From contig JASVEC010000001.1 in assembly GCA_030770535.1 (NCBI GenBank), forward strand, positions 1,612,001-1,676,000: 64,000 nt of DNA. The letters run 5' to 3'. This DNA is from Batkoa obscura (Eukaryota). Shown here piece after piece: positions 46,876 to 59,916 of the stretch. Position 1 is the stretch's first letter. Every line of letters starts with the position of its first letter. The notes beneath the pieces were generated by a model that was not told the origin of the DNA, did no database searches, and worked only from the letters and a program-made list of their open reading frames with translations. Both the position numbers and the translations under genes were made by a program.

Positions 46876-48486
46876 CTATAACTTAGAAGCCAAAAATTTA
46901 GGCGATGGTCTATCTGGAATAATAAAATCTAAAATAGCTTGGACAATCAATGGATCCTTAGTGATATCATTGTGCCCGCCAAAATTGTTAGCCAAATATT
47001 TAAGTTTATCAAATCCAAGGAAATTCAAATGTTTTGCAAAATTTAAGCTATGACCTGAATGAACTAAAGTATCATTAGTTGAATGGATAATCAATGCTTT
47101 AGGTAAAGTAGTATAGGGTATCATCTTCAAGTGAGAGCTAGTAACATACTGTGGGGAAATAGATCTTAAGTAATTTAATAAGTTTTCATCGTTTGTAATC
47201 AAAGATTCAGAATCGTTGTTAACTTCATTATTTGTAGTTATAGAACTGGAGTTATTTTGGGGATAATTCCATTGAAGTTTAGGCTCTTCTTGAGCTTTTG
47301 GTGAATATTGTGGTTTTGTATAAACAGATCTTGTGATGTTTGATTGACCGTTTGTATTAGAGCCAATAGTCATGATTCTCTCGGTAATAGTAACATGAAC
47401 ATCTTTAGGTATAATATAATTATAAAACTGAGTTCCATCATTGGACTCTATTTTAACGCTTTCAAAGTTGTTCACATCAGTTCTATTTTCAATATTTGAG
47501 GAATCTCTTTCTCCATTAATTGGACTTGGCACAATAAGCCTTTCTGTGTTATGAGGACTTGGTACAATAAGTCTTTCTGTATTATGGGGACTTGGTACAA
47601 TAAGTCTTTCTGTATTATGAGGACTTGGTACAATAAGTCTTTCTGTATTATGAGGGCTTGGTACAATAAGTCTTTCTGGGCTACTTGAAGTATAGGGTGC
47701 TGATCCGGAAGTAAATTGCCCAATATCATTTTGGTTCAAGGAAACTTCATATTGAGAAACAAATGGTTGGTTTGCATTTTGAGCCTGTATTGAATCAGCG
47801 TGAGAGAATTTGATAACTCCGTTGTGATTAAAATAAATATTCTCCTTCACAACTTGAGATAAATCAAAAGTTCCAGCTAAGGAAACTAACCCTTTTATTC
47901 TCGATATTAAATTTAGTTCCTGATCTTTACTGCTTGAAAGTAATGGTAAGTATGCACCAGAGTCCAAAGCTATTATACTAGCAAGAAGCGCACCAGATGA
48001 GTGACCACCAATGTAAATTTCATTATTTACAAATATACTATGAGTTAAAATATGTAAATAACCCTTTAAACAATCTTCAATGTGATTTTTGAATTTAATA
48101 TCACCATAGCTATTTGTGCGATAGTTTACCCTGATTACATTGAGTCCTCCATCGCTCAAACGTTGAATAAAATTTTCAAAATCAACATGGCTAGCACTTA
48201 AATATGGGAAAGATTCAAACCAAATCAAAACAGGGGCTTTTGAATTGTATTTGCATGGATAAATATAATACTTACATTCTTCGGATTCTTTTGAGTAAAC
48301 AACCTCAAAGCCAGAAGAAGGTTTCGATGAGTCACTAAAGAGTTGATTAATTAATAAAGAAAAAAATGATAAAATAAATTACTTTGAAGGTTTTGATTCA
48401 TAAACGTTTACAGCACTATAAGGGCTCGAGGTGATAATGTTCCCTCTAGCACTTTCTAAATCAGTCATATGAGTCCCAATTACCAT
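46876..48486 (-). CDS. Alpha/beta hydrolase with a large repeat-bearing insert and PTS1 (SKL); exons 48486-48383, 48334-46876
   Basis: GHSSG, DTLVH, FGGHND triad motifs; phase-2 intron 48382-48335 restores the N-terminus ...YSKESEECKLYIYP...APVLIWFES, homologous to the paralogs. Confidence 0.87.
47521..47680 (-). repeat. Coding tandem repeat, 33 bp x about 5 (ERLIVPSPHNT)
   Basis: ggacttggtacaataagtctttctgtattatga units. Confidence 0.95.
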
Positions 48487-49397
48487 TTCTTTTAAGTTTT
48501 GTATAAATTGAATTGATCTTTAATTGAGTTTATTTATACTTTTCAAATTTTTTATTACTTTCTCCCTGAATTCAGATCGTCCAATGAAATCTATCTTAAT
48601 AACCCATTAAAGAACCACGTCTACTTCAATTTATTTCCTGGAACTTAATTTGCTGTACAATCACCATTTACATGTAAATTGTTCTTTATACGAATTTATT
48701 CCTGTCTAGAAGCTTTGTAAAAATAATAGCCAATTACTAACTATGGTAAAGTAAGATGGCAGTATAGCCGTTAAATTATTTTTTTATAAACCATAAACGT
48801 TAACTTTATTAGTTTATAACATATAAATTAAGCACTATAGCAGAAGAAATTTTTTAAATACATCAGTTTTTTTGGGGAATAGAAATAATAGAAATAATTG
48901 TTATAATAAAAGCTTCATGTTTTATTTGTCACTTTAAAAAGCTTCCATTTAAAATAACCTCAATTAGCTTAAGCTCTAATAAACTTTTTGAAATTTTTTA
49001 AACCCTAAATTAGCTAAAATTATAAGAATATGATAGAACAATGAAATAAAAGTATATAAGTTTGTGCCGCTTTCTTTATTTTCACTAGAGTTATTTAAGC
49101 TGCTAGTTTTTTTCATATTACTTCACTTTAAATAAAATATTTGATGAATCTTGATACAAACTTTAAAAAATCAATTATATTACTTATTTTTATAAACAAT
49201 ATGGCCACCATTATTCATTAAGTTGACAAAGTTAATAGAATTAAAGCCAAAAATATAAAAGTAAATATTAATAAATTTTAAACAAGAAACAGCCAAAACC
49301 CCATAAAAACGTTATAGGTTAGACCAAGAGCATGCTAAATTACATCTTAATAATAATAAGTTCTTGATAGTAAAGAACCTTCATCAATCCTGTATAT

Positions 49398-49495
49398 AGG
49401 GATGTTTTTTTTGGTTTCATTACTTTTTTCATTTTTTAAGCGCTATTTGAGTAGAAAGATTGTTAGTAAATTTCTTAAACAAAAAATACATCCCC
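49398..49495 (+). mobile_element. MITE-A, full length
   Basis: ATAT|AGGGATGT...ACATCCCC|ATAT. Confidence 0.85.
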
Positions 49496-49601
49496 ATATA
49501 TTGCTAAACAAAAAAGCAAAATTCTAGTAAAATATTTCCAAATTTACCAAGATCATGAATAATATAATAAATAAACAATAAGATATCTGTTTTACCAATG
49601 A

Positions 49602-49675
49602 GCTCGTATGGCGCAATTGGCTAGCGCGTCCGACTGTTAATCGGGAGGTTACTGGTTCGATCCCAGTTATGAGCG
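49602..49675 (+). tRNA. tRNA-Asn(GTT)
   Basis: GCTCGTATGGCGCAATTGG...CCGACTGTTAATCGG...GGTTCGATCCC...TATGAGCG followed by a T-run. Confidence 0.95.
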
Positions 49676-51165
49676 TTTTTTTATATTTGCTTTTAATTGT
49701 ATTACTAAAATTTTAGCTAAATACCTGTAACAAATATATTTCGATATGCCCTTATTATAATAATTGTATAACTTTACTTTTAATAAATTAATTTTTATTT
49801 CTTAACTGTAATTTAAAACTGAGAAATATACCTTCTAAGAGCGCCTAGGCTGTATAATATTAACCTCTTACCAACTGACTCAGTGTTGATAGATTCTAAT
49901 TATAATTAAGTCCAGCTAATGTACTTTGTGAACAATAATTAACCTCCTGAAAATCAGGAATACTCCAACAATAAAATTTAAATTTGAACAAATAAAAACC
50001 AAGGTTAGTCAAATTTCTTATACAAACAGCCTTTTGATCAAAAATTAAAACTAAACAAATAAGATCGATCAAATTATTTGTGTGGACAACCATCTGGTAG
50101 GAGATTGAAAACTGATTGAATTATGGTAGCTAAGAAGCATTTGACTTGGAAAGTAAGCTTTCTAAAAGCATTAAGTAGCTGGACGATGGGCTAAATAAGC
50201 TAATATTGTGTACATCCTTGGTTTTTTTACAAATGAAGATATAGAAATGTTTAGACTTAAACATACATAAACTGATGCTATCAAATTCAGAGCTTTTATA
50301 AAGTAGGAATTTCAAGAAAAAAAGCATAGGTTATTTAAAAGCCTAAATATTGACTTAAAAATGCTAAGCTCATTAGTTTGTAATAAAATTATGACAATAA
50401 ATATATTATATAATTTATGTTTAGTATCTGAATTTTAAATTATCCACATTAAAAAGCTTGATAAATTACATAAAATAATAGCTATTACTATTTTATAAGC
50501 TTTATTTAAGTGCTAAAATTTATATAAGTAATATTAGTCTAAAGTCAAATAGCTTTTAAACAATTTAATTTTGCAATATTAAATTTACTAGTTTAAAACA
50601 TCTAAATATATAAACATATAAAATAGCTTAATAATTAGTTGTTTTTTAGTATTAGCTTAAAGTGAATTTCACTATCTATTTTATATAGGATAACCGCTTT
50701 TATTAGAGAACCATTAACAAATATGTAGTAACATTTGATGTTTACTGTAACATATTATTTGTAGATATTTGAATAACTTGTTATACTTTTATTAAAATGA
50801 AACCACGATCAATGTAAAGTTTAAAGTAATATTAAACTAATATTTTGATTATCAATTATTACTTAACTATCGTTTTATGTTGTTAAACAAAATATTAATT
50901 TTTTTCTATCCTTGATATTTAATAATTGATGCGAATAAATCCCAAAAAAGGAAACGTCGGTAGACTCTTAACTTTTGTAGCACAACTTTATTTGCCAACC
51001 TTGAGCATGCCAAGTTTTCAAGAAAAATGTAAAGAACTTCTAATCTAATAAATGAATATTTAGGATAATACAAATCTGGGCCAAGTAATAGTGTCAAATC
51101 CAAATAGTATAAAATGCAATCATAAATACTCTTTTTTTTTTAAAATCAGAATCAAAACTATCAAA

Positions 51166-51678
51166 ATGAATTCTATTATATGTTACCAATTCACTCAAGA
51201 TACCAAAACTAATGTTTATAACTTAAATCCTAAGCTTGAGTATGTCAATCAAAAATACCAGTATTCGCTCACTTTTACTAATAAAAAGACTGCCATCGTA
51301 GTTGATGGGTTAGGCTTGCCTTTAGCAAAAATTGAAAGTTGTGGCCTTTTTAATATAAATAGATATAAGGTTATTATTGCCATGCCAGAATTATGTCTTT
51401 CAGATCTTAAGATAAGATTGATAATACCAAGCAAAAGTAAAATGAACGCTTATCGCGCCGAAATTAAGATTAGCTCTCAAAACAGCAAGCAGGGTGTATC
51501 TTATTATTGGACTTATTACAGTGAAGAAGGCTGGTTTTTAAATAGCTCTAAGGATCCTGAATTATCTATTGCTTCTTATAGTTTTAAAAACCCAGTTTAT
51601 ACTTTGTTTTGTAATACTTCTAAAGAACTTAATGTTTTGTTTTTAACAACCCTCTCTTTTCTTTTATATAGAAATTAA
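51166..51678 (+). CDS. Unknown protein, paralog of 44460-44966 (start MNSIICYQF)
   Basis: Aligns end to end with MESLIKYKF... when started at the ATG at 51166. Confidence 0.75.
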   Translation: MNSIICYQFTQDTKTNVYNLNPKLEYVNQKYQYSLTFTNKKTAIVVDGLGLPLAKIESCGLFNINRYKVIIAMPELCLSDLKIRLIIPSKSKMNAYRAEIKISSQNSKQGVSYYWTYYSEEGWFLNSSKDPELSIASYSFKNPVYTLFCNTSKELNVLFLTTLSFLLYRN

Positions 51679-53002
51679 TGATAAAATCGTTGTATATGTT
51701 CGCTCCTTTATTTTAACGTCCTTCTAACTTAATAAACTCTACTTATTTTAATTTTTATATTATTACAATTATTATTACTATCTATAATATATGTAGTCTA
51801 ATAAGTAGATTATTTTATATACTATTTTATTGATAGTAAAATAAGCCGAATTGTTTAGGATATGAGCATTGCTCAAATTATATACAGATTACATTATAAT
51901 CAGCTTTAATACCAATTAAGCTAAAATCTTAATTTAATTCTCCGATCTATTCTACAGTGATAGAAACTTCTTTACTTGACTGCGTGTAACAATATGACAA
52001 TATTATCTTTATAAAGATCATTATGATAATATAAAATAATAGGTAAATATAACTTTTTCATGATTTGCATAATCATACTTACATTAAATTAATGATGGAT
52101 CCTAATATCCTGTTTCTTACGCTGTATTCATTATAATTTTGACTTTTGGGAGGTGAAAACTTACAGATGAAAACTTTGTTAATGAAATAAAACTAATTAA
52201 ATAATAAGGTTAGCTGTCCAAGAGGTAAGAGCTTCTACACCCTTACGATTCTTTCTAGGCAGAGCCTTAGCAAATCTAAAACCCATTTCCCAGGTAATTT
52301 ATCATTCAATAAACATTGACTGGACCGAATGAACTGATTGTTCATGCGCCCAAAGGAAAGCCTAGTATGGATTCTATAAGTGGCCCAGATGACGGAAGGA
52401 CAAAAACAAGCTAAAAAAATAGGAATATGTTTGCTATGTTAAAAAAGGGTTTTATTATGTTGGTATATAGGTTTTTGCTTAAAAAATAAATCCAAGTTAT
52501 TATCTAAGTAATTTACTTATTAATCAAAAATACATTTGTCATAAAAGCAACAAGACAACTGTTGTTTACAAATTTAAAAATAGTAAAAGATCTTAAATTT
52601 TTATCTTTTACTATATTATATTTATAAAAACATCCGAAAAATAATGATTTATCTATACTAAAGTTTAAAAAAGTTTAAAAAAGTTTAAAATTAATACATA
52701 AAATTACGTGTTTAATTTTATTATTACTATTAAATATATGTATAATAATATTCTATATATTATTACATAATTTAATAAAAATTTAAATAGCAATGCTTTT
52801 TAAACAAATTGATTTATAACTACTAGCCATAAGGTAAGCATTTACTTTAACTTCTAAATGCATCAATGAATATGAATAATTAAAGCTCTTCAAAAAGATA
52901 ATTGACATCGCTTAAGTAAAATACTATTAATGAAATATAAAAAAAACAAAGTTTTCATTAAATAAACCAGAAATTCAAATTCAAAACTATTTTTCAATGA
53001 TA

Positions 53003-53096
53003 TGGATGTGACTTTTCGTTTAAGAATTTTATTACAATACCCACTCAATAGTGATTAAAAGTGGAATAATTAATGAGACTAAAGAAGACATTCCCA
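53003..53096 (-). mobile_element. MITE-A, diverged copy
   Basis: atatggatgtg...tttaagaatttt...cactcaatagtg...cattcccatat. Confidence 0.6.
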
Positions 53097-53983
53097 TATG
53101 TATTAAACCATAATAGCTTGAGTATAAGATTTATTTCAAATAAACAAGTAAATTTAAAGACATTTAAAACAATAATATAGTCAAATAAAAAATACTCTTA
53201 TGATTTATAAAAGCCTAAGAATCAGATAAGTACATAGTAGTAGTATTTTTTAAATCTTTAGCATATTAAGGGAAGTCTTTTATTAATGAAAGAAGGTAAA
53301 AAAACTTGAATGTAAAGCCCAATCAGAAAAAAGCGGTGAGCAAATACGCTCAAATATATGGTAAAGCAATAATGACTATAGTTAGAGACCCCCAAACCAA
53401 CGGCTAAAAAGCGGATAGTAGTCCAACATATCACTCCTGGGACTAAATATGACTTGAAAAGGGGTTTTTTGCTATGGGCTTTTTTCGATCTAAATGGTTT
53501 AAATAGAATTCTTTAAAGACTAAAAATATGCCATTCTTGTCACAGTCTTTCTAATAATATTCTAACTTGCTTTTTAATAGGCTTTGACTACAAGGGTCTC
53601 GAATTTTATAGACCATGCTCTAAGATTACCATAATTTTATCCTTAAAATGTTAATTGTAACAGCTAAAACATTTAAAGGTGTTAACTATTAACTTAAAAA
53701 AGAAATTTGTTAATTTGGTAAAACGATCTGGCTTAAGTTTAGTATTTTATATTAAAAAAGCAATCAAATAGATTAAAAAGTAACTGTGATATTTTTGGGG
53801 CATCAAATTAAGAATAAACTACAAAACTGGATGGATTGCAAAATAATTCATGAATAGATGTTATAAAATGAACTGATTGGAAATTATGTCTTAATAATTC
53901 AAAAGTTCAAGGTGGCTATAATAACAATTAGTAATTAAAAATAAGTCAAGGATTCTTTTTCATTAAAAAAGACAGTGTTGAAT

Positions 53984-55630
53984 ATGGATAAAATAACAAA
54001 AGGTGATAAGTTGCCGAACAGATGTGATAATTGTAGTAGAAAGAACATAGGTTGTGATAGAATGCAACCAAAATGTCGAAATTGTATCAAGAGTAAACTT
54101 GAATGTACATTTCAAAGACCCATTAAAAAAATAAATAAGCTACATTATATGGATAAAAATTTAGTTAAGTTTAGTGTTTCTATAAGTAGTCGTATGGTTA
54201 AAGATACAAATCCAATATTCAGTATCTATGATACTATACAAAACAAATATGCCTTACATAATATTTTAGTTATGTTGCAATACCCTAGTCCATTTCAGAT
54301 AAGTAGTAATGTATGCATTGTAATGTCTCTAGTTAAAAGTATACAATGTTATAGACCTAAAGCTAATATAGAATTAAGTGGGCTAATTACTTTTAAATTA
54401 AACGAGCGTTTCAAAATAGATTTATTAAATAGGGCATTATCAGAGTTTGAATTATATAATAGGACACAGTTAATGTTGTTTCATCCTCGAAATATCAAGT
54501 TAAGTGAAAGATCCGAAATATTAGTAGATATTATTTATTTATTTGGATTAACAAAATTAAAGTGTGACAACGGAATAATAAACTATTATGAAAATAAAGT
54601 AAAGAATCATTATTTAAATTTAATGAATATTCGACCAAGTTTAGATAATTTACAAGGTTTTTTAATCGTTTTATATGGATTGAGACAATATCGTTGGATA
54701 GATAAAATCAATTATTCACTTGTCGGCTGGATTTTACGTGTTTCTCAAATTTTAGGGCTCCCTTTTAGTAAAAGAAAACACAAGAAATATGTTCAATTAG
54801 AAAGACAACTAGCTTATAATCTATTGTATCAGTTATTAGGAATTTTCAGTATCAATTCTTTCTTTTTTAGTGCAGTTCCATATAAATGTAAAACTCCATG
54901 TTTAGATTTATATATCTCTTTTTCAATTCATTTTGATTCTAATATAATAGGTAATTTATATTAATATTTTAATATTGAAAGCTTATAATCATTTATAGCT
55001 AATTTAATCTTTAATGATTTCATTTCCGAATTTAATAATATTTGCTTTTGTTTAAGTCAAATCAAATGTAATATTTATAAGACTAAAGAAGGAATTGAAA
55101 GTTTAAAACAAAGCATTTTACGATTATTAAAGCGAGAAGATAAAATTCATAACCAATATATTGGTTTATTAAATCAATATTGTAATAATGAAACTTATTT
55201 TACGGCATGTATTAATTTGTATCATTATTATATATCTTATTTTATCCACTCTATTCTATTTTTTAATGCTACTGATTCCCCTACTTCGACCATGGCCTAT
55301 AAGCTAGAATTGTATTGTGGTATTTCTCAGAGAGAATGGATTATACGAACCCTCGACTTATGTTTACAATGTCTAAAGTGTTTCATCGATTTACCTTTAA
55401 ACAACAACTCTTTCTTTATTTACGCCTTCATAAATCAACCCATATTATTTTTATTGAGGTATAAAAGTAAGCTTAATTTATCAAAAGATAACGTTAGACT
55501 TTTGAAATATAATCAAGCATATGAGTTATGTAAGCAAAAGTTTTTACAAATTATACAGAGCCCTTTTGATAACGTTTATGCACAATCGAACTTGAGATTA
55601 ATCGATACAATGCATTCATTAACTTCTTAA
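53984..55630 (+). CDS. Zn(II)2Cys6 transcription factor; exons 53984-54950, 54999-55630
   Basis: CDNC-x6-C-x6-CRNC-x6-C; a 48-nt gtaatt..tag intron joins ORFs 53975 and 55217 in frame. Confidence 0.88.
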
Positions 55631-55693
55631 TTTGTTAAAATATAACATTTATTTATATTAATTTAAATTTACTCTTTATCTATTTTAAAATAA

Positions 55694-56590
55694 TTATAAT
55701 TTAGTTTTATTATTGTTTAAAAAATTGAATAATAAGGTAATCAGATTAATATCACGTGGCATATCATTATGGTCCCCAAAATTATCAACGACCATATGTA
55801 CCTTGTTAAATCTTTGTTCCATTAATTTGTTAAGGAAATTATAGCCTTGGTCATTTGGTAATAAAGTATCAGTATTAGAGTGAACAAGTAAAAATTCTTT
55901 ATCGAAACAGTCTAATCCGTTATTTCTATTATTAAATTTAATAAATTGTGGTGAATAGTTATCCCATCTATCCTTATCTTTACCAAAACAAAGCTCAATA
56001 AAAGCATCCTTATAGCCATCATTGTATTTTACTAATAAATTAATATCAAGTACTGAAGCAAGTAACATTAAGCCTTGTACTTTTTTTAATAATTGAACAT
56101 CATCTTCATTAATATGTGGGTAATATGTAAATAAATCTAACATAATCATCGAAATCATAAAGCCACCAGCAGAATGACCAGCCAACCAAACACCTTTATA
56201 TTTTAAATTCAATTTTAATACATGTAATATTCCATTTAACGCATCATTTAAGTGAGTTGGATATCTTACATTATTTTCAAAATCAGTGATACGATACTTT
56301 AATAATACAAAATTAATTCCTAATTTACTTAATGTTTCTCCCATAAAGAAGAAATTACTACTTTGATCCGTTACCCAGCCACCGCCATGAAGTAAAATAA
56401 TTAATGGTTGATTTGGTGCTCCATTAAATATATAATAAGTTTGATCCACTTCATTTCCATACTTTCCATCTGGATTACGTTCAATTCCTCGAGTTAATAT
56501 ACTATGATTGTTTATTTAAATAAAACTATTAAATTTAAATATCAATACTTACTGAGGTTTACTTAACAACCTTTCACTTTTAACATCCAT
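55694..56590 (-). CDS. Kynurenine formamidase-like alpha/beta hydrolase, canonical form; exons 56590-56553, 56501-55694
   Basis: HGGGW oxyanion motif, YR...YPTHLND, GHSAG, HSNTDTLL, FGDHND; ends in TKL. Confidence 0.88.
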
Positions 56591-57290
56591 TATTTTTTAA
56601 AACTCAATTTCTTTCAATTTTTTATAGCCCTTTATATCCCTTTTTTATATACTAGTTCTTTTCTGGTTTTCGAATTTGAACCTATCAGCTTTGGCTTCTT
56701 ACTTTGCCTTTTTTGGCTCTTAAAAAAATCCTTAATGCTTGTTAATAAATTATTTATATTCTATCTATGTTATATAAATAAATAGTAATAGCAAAAATTT
56801 GAAGTTATTGTGTATATTTGTATCCTTTTCAACCATTTATTACAGATCGCATTACATTTGTTTTTATTAAAATCAATTTATATGAACACGCTACCAATTT
56901 TATAACATGTAATCAAAGAGTTAATAGTTGAGTTTTAGTTAAACAAAGTAAGCACTATTTAAATAACTTTAATCAATTCATAAAATATAAATGAAAATAT
57001 AACTCACTTTGAAATTTTTTTCTTCAAAATCTTGAACAAGTCATTGACTCTCAAGTATATATTTGGTAGCAAAACCAGGTAAAGCCAGGAAACTAGGAAA
57101 TAGGAGTTAAAGGTAGAGAGCTTGTAAAGTTCGAAAAAAGGGGTAAAGTAAAAAGACAATTAAGAGATTGAGAATTTTATTTTTACTCTTTAATCTTTAC
57201 ATAGAATTATTTTATAGTAAAAAATTTAACGTTTTTCCCTTCTAAACCTAAACACCTTATCTTGGAATAAAGTTGAGATGGTAAAAAAAA

Positions 57291-57364
57291 TGTTTCCGTC
57301 CAGATTCGAACTGGAGACCTTCTGTGTGTTAGACAGATGTGATAACCAACTACACCACGGAAAC
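57291..57364 (-). tRNA. tRNA-Val(AAC)
   Basis: GTTTCCGTGGTGTAGTTGG...TCTGTCTAACACACAGA...GTTCGAATCTGGACGGAAACA. Confidence 0.96.
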
Positions 57365-57686
57365 ATGAAAGTTGATATAATAGTAATAAAATAATTGTAT
57401 TTATACTATAAAATTTTTAATTGGAAGAGCTAATATTTTAATAAATTCTTGATGCTCAAATTTTTCAGTAAGATCCCCATTTAGGTGTCTAGTTAGTTTT
57501 TATAATTAAAATAAGCAGACATCTCTATCTATATAGGAGATCACTATTTGTTTTTGATTCCAAAAGCTGCTACATAAAGTAGATAAGTATTCAAATGGGA
57601 ATTTCACTAAATTATAGTCAATAACTTTTTTAAAACTCAAATTAAATTAAATAAATTGATTCATAGTTTTATTCAAAGCTATAATT

Positions 57687-59001
57687 TTATAAACTTTTCA
57701 TAAAATTTGATACCATAGTATTTTCAGAATCAGCTGTAATATGGGAAGCTTCTGGATCATTATTAGTCATAGAAATCGTAGAAGATTGTTCTTCATAGCC
57801 AAGATCAACTATAAAAAAATCATTGATCAATAAAATAAATAATAATAATAATATAAATTACTGTCTTCTTTAATCCTTTTACTAATAAAATATTTATATT
57901 TTAATTTCAAATAAATCTTTTTAATTGCTGAATGAACTGTTGGATCACAACAAAAAGCAATAAAATTTAATGTACCAGCAAATGGTAACACTATTGATGA
58001 CCATTGATCTAAAGCTATATTTTCACCCTTATTAAGATCATAATAATATTGAGAAATAATACCAGGAAATTGAGTAAATACCATAACTAAAGGATATAAT
58101 AAACTAAATTAAAAGTAAGTAAGTAATCAATAGAAAACCATATTAAATGTACATTCTATAAGCTAATGTTTTAACACTATTTTCTGCTCTTTTAGAAGTT
58201 TCAGTACCCCGAAAATATTTATGTTTTTTAATTAAACAGGCATTTTGATTTAATCGTAAGATTACAATAATTGCAATAACAATCAAATAAATCATACATA
58301 TCGATCGCCATATTTGATTAGCAAATAAATCTAACATTTTGCCATTAAAATCCCCATTTTCATTATCTGCAATATAACATCCATAATAATCGCTATATCC
58401 CAATTGTCCCAAAGCTATACAATTATTAACACAACTAAAAAATATTACACAAGAATAAATTACCTAATGGTGGAATTGAAAGAATCAATGAAAGTATTAA
58501 TGGAATCAACCAATACATAGCTTCCATTTTTTTAGTAATTATTTGATTATTTAAAAATACTAATTGAAGATTAATAGCAATTGAGACATTTAAAAAAGCA
58601 TAGAATACATTAAAAAATAAAGCTAAATAACCACGAATTGTACAAGAGGCATTTGCTCCAGCTGGTGATATTGATCGCCATATTGCTCCACCGTGTAACC
58701 ATACGTCATATACTGATAATCCAGTTTGTAATCTTAAAGATACTCGATCTACTAATCGTCGATTATAAAGGGCTATTTGAGTATTAAATTAATATTATAA
58801 CAAATTATGTGTTAAATAGTAAATAGTAAATAGTAAATAGTAAATAGTAAATAGTAAATAGTAGATAATAAACAATAAATAAAGCTTACATAAAATTATC
58901 ATAAATAAAATGACCAAAAAAGCTAATGTTAGGGAAATTTTAGATACTGTTGGATAGTATTTAGTAGCTAAAAAGATGGCAAATGAACTTGGTTGATCCA
59001 T
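57687..59001 (-). CDS. 7-TM receptor, cAMP-receptor/Git3-like GPCR; 5 exons
   Basis: Spliced product has about 7 hydrophobic helices, RLVDRVSLRL, SCTIRG, SIAINLQLVFL, LYPLVMVFTQFP, GTLNFIAFCCDPTV; GT..AG introns near 58889-58773, 58460-58420, 58150-58105 and 57860-57810. Confidence 0.8.
58814..58863 (+). repeat. (TAGTAAA)x about 7 microsatellite in GPCR intron 1
   Basis: Direct reading of the sequence. Confidence 0.9.
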
Positions 59002-59510
59002 TATTCTATTATTTATTTTTCAATAGTTTGATTATTTTGTTAGTTTCTATTTACTCATTTATATACAATGAAGATGGAAACAATGAGAATAAAAAAAGCC
59101 ACCCATTTTATTTATTTTCATACATGCATTGAAATGTCAGTATAAAAGTTATATCTGCATAATTAATAGTAAATTAGAATATTTGTTCTATCAAAAATTA
59201 TAATATTAGTATAAAAAAATTAGATTATTTCCGAGTTTTTATTTATTTGTTCTTTTGATTAATATTGAATATATAATTGTAATTTATTCTCTTATTATAA
59301 TAAATTGATTCAAATGAAGTTCAATTTATCTAAATAATAAAATACTTTAAATAATAGTAATAGTAATAGTAATCTATATTTGATTTTAATAAATAATAAT
59401 AATAGTGAATTTATCAGCAATAAACAGACTTTTTATCAAAACAAAAATTTTAATATTTCCAAATAATAACAAATCTGATTCTTTAATTACAGTAATAAAT
59501 TACTCAATAT

Positions 59511-59606
59511 GGGGATGCTTTTTTTGGTTTCATTGTTTTTTCCCTTTAAATGCTATTTGAATAGAAAGATTGCTAGTAGAATTCTTAAACAAAAAAATAC
59601 ATCCCC
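59511..59606 (+). mobile_element. MITE-A, full length
   Basis: ATAT|GGGGATG...ACATCCCC|ATAT. Confidence 0.85.
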
Positions 59607-59916
59607 ATATATAATCAAATTTTATGTGCCAACTTTTAATTTATATTATTTTATATCACTATTAAACTATTCTCATTAAGTGCAAAAGATAATTAAAACA
59701 TTTTAAAAAAGAAAAAAAAGTTATATCAAAAAAAATTATTATTACTTTTTCATTAAATTAAATTAAATTATTATAAATGACTCAAATGCATTATCAATTT
59801 ATTTAGCCATTAATTATTATGTTATTGTTTCTAAAATATCTGGAATATTGGCTTTAATAATAGTACTATTTTAAATAATATACTTTTTTATTAAACATTA
59901 TTTTTTTTAATAGCTA

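Noticed and set aside
47521..47680. 33-bp repeats as a possible CRISPR array
   Set aside because: Contiguous in-frame units without spacers, inside a eukaryotic CDS; no cas genes.
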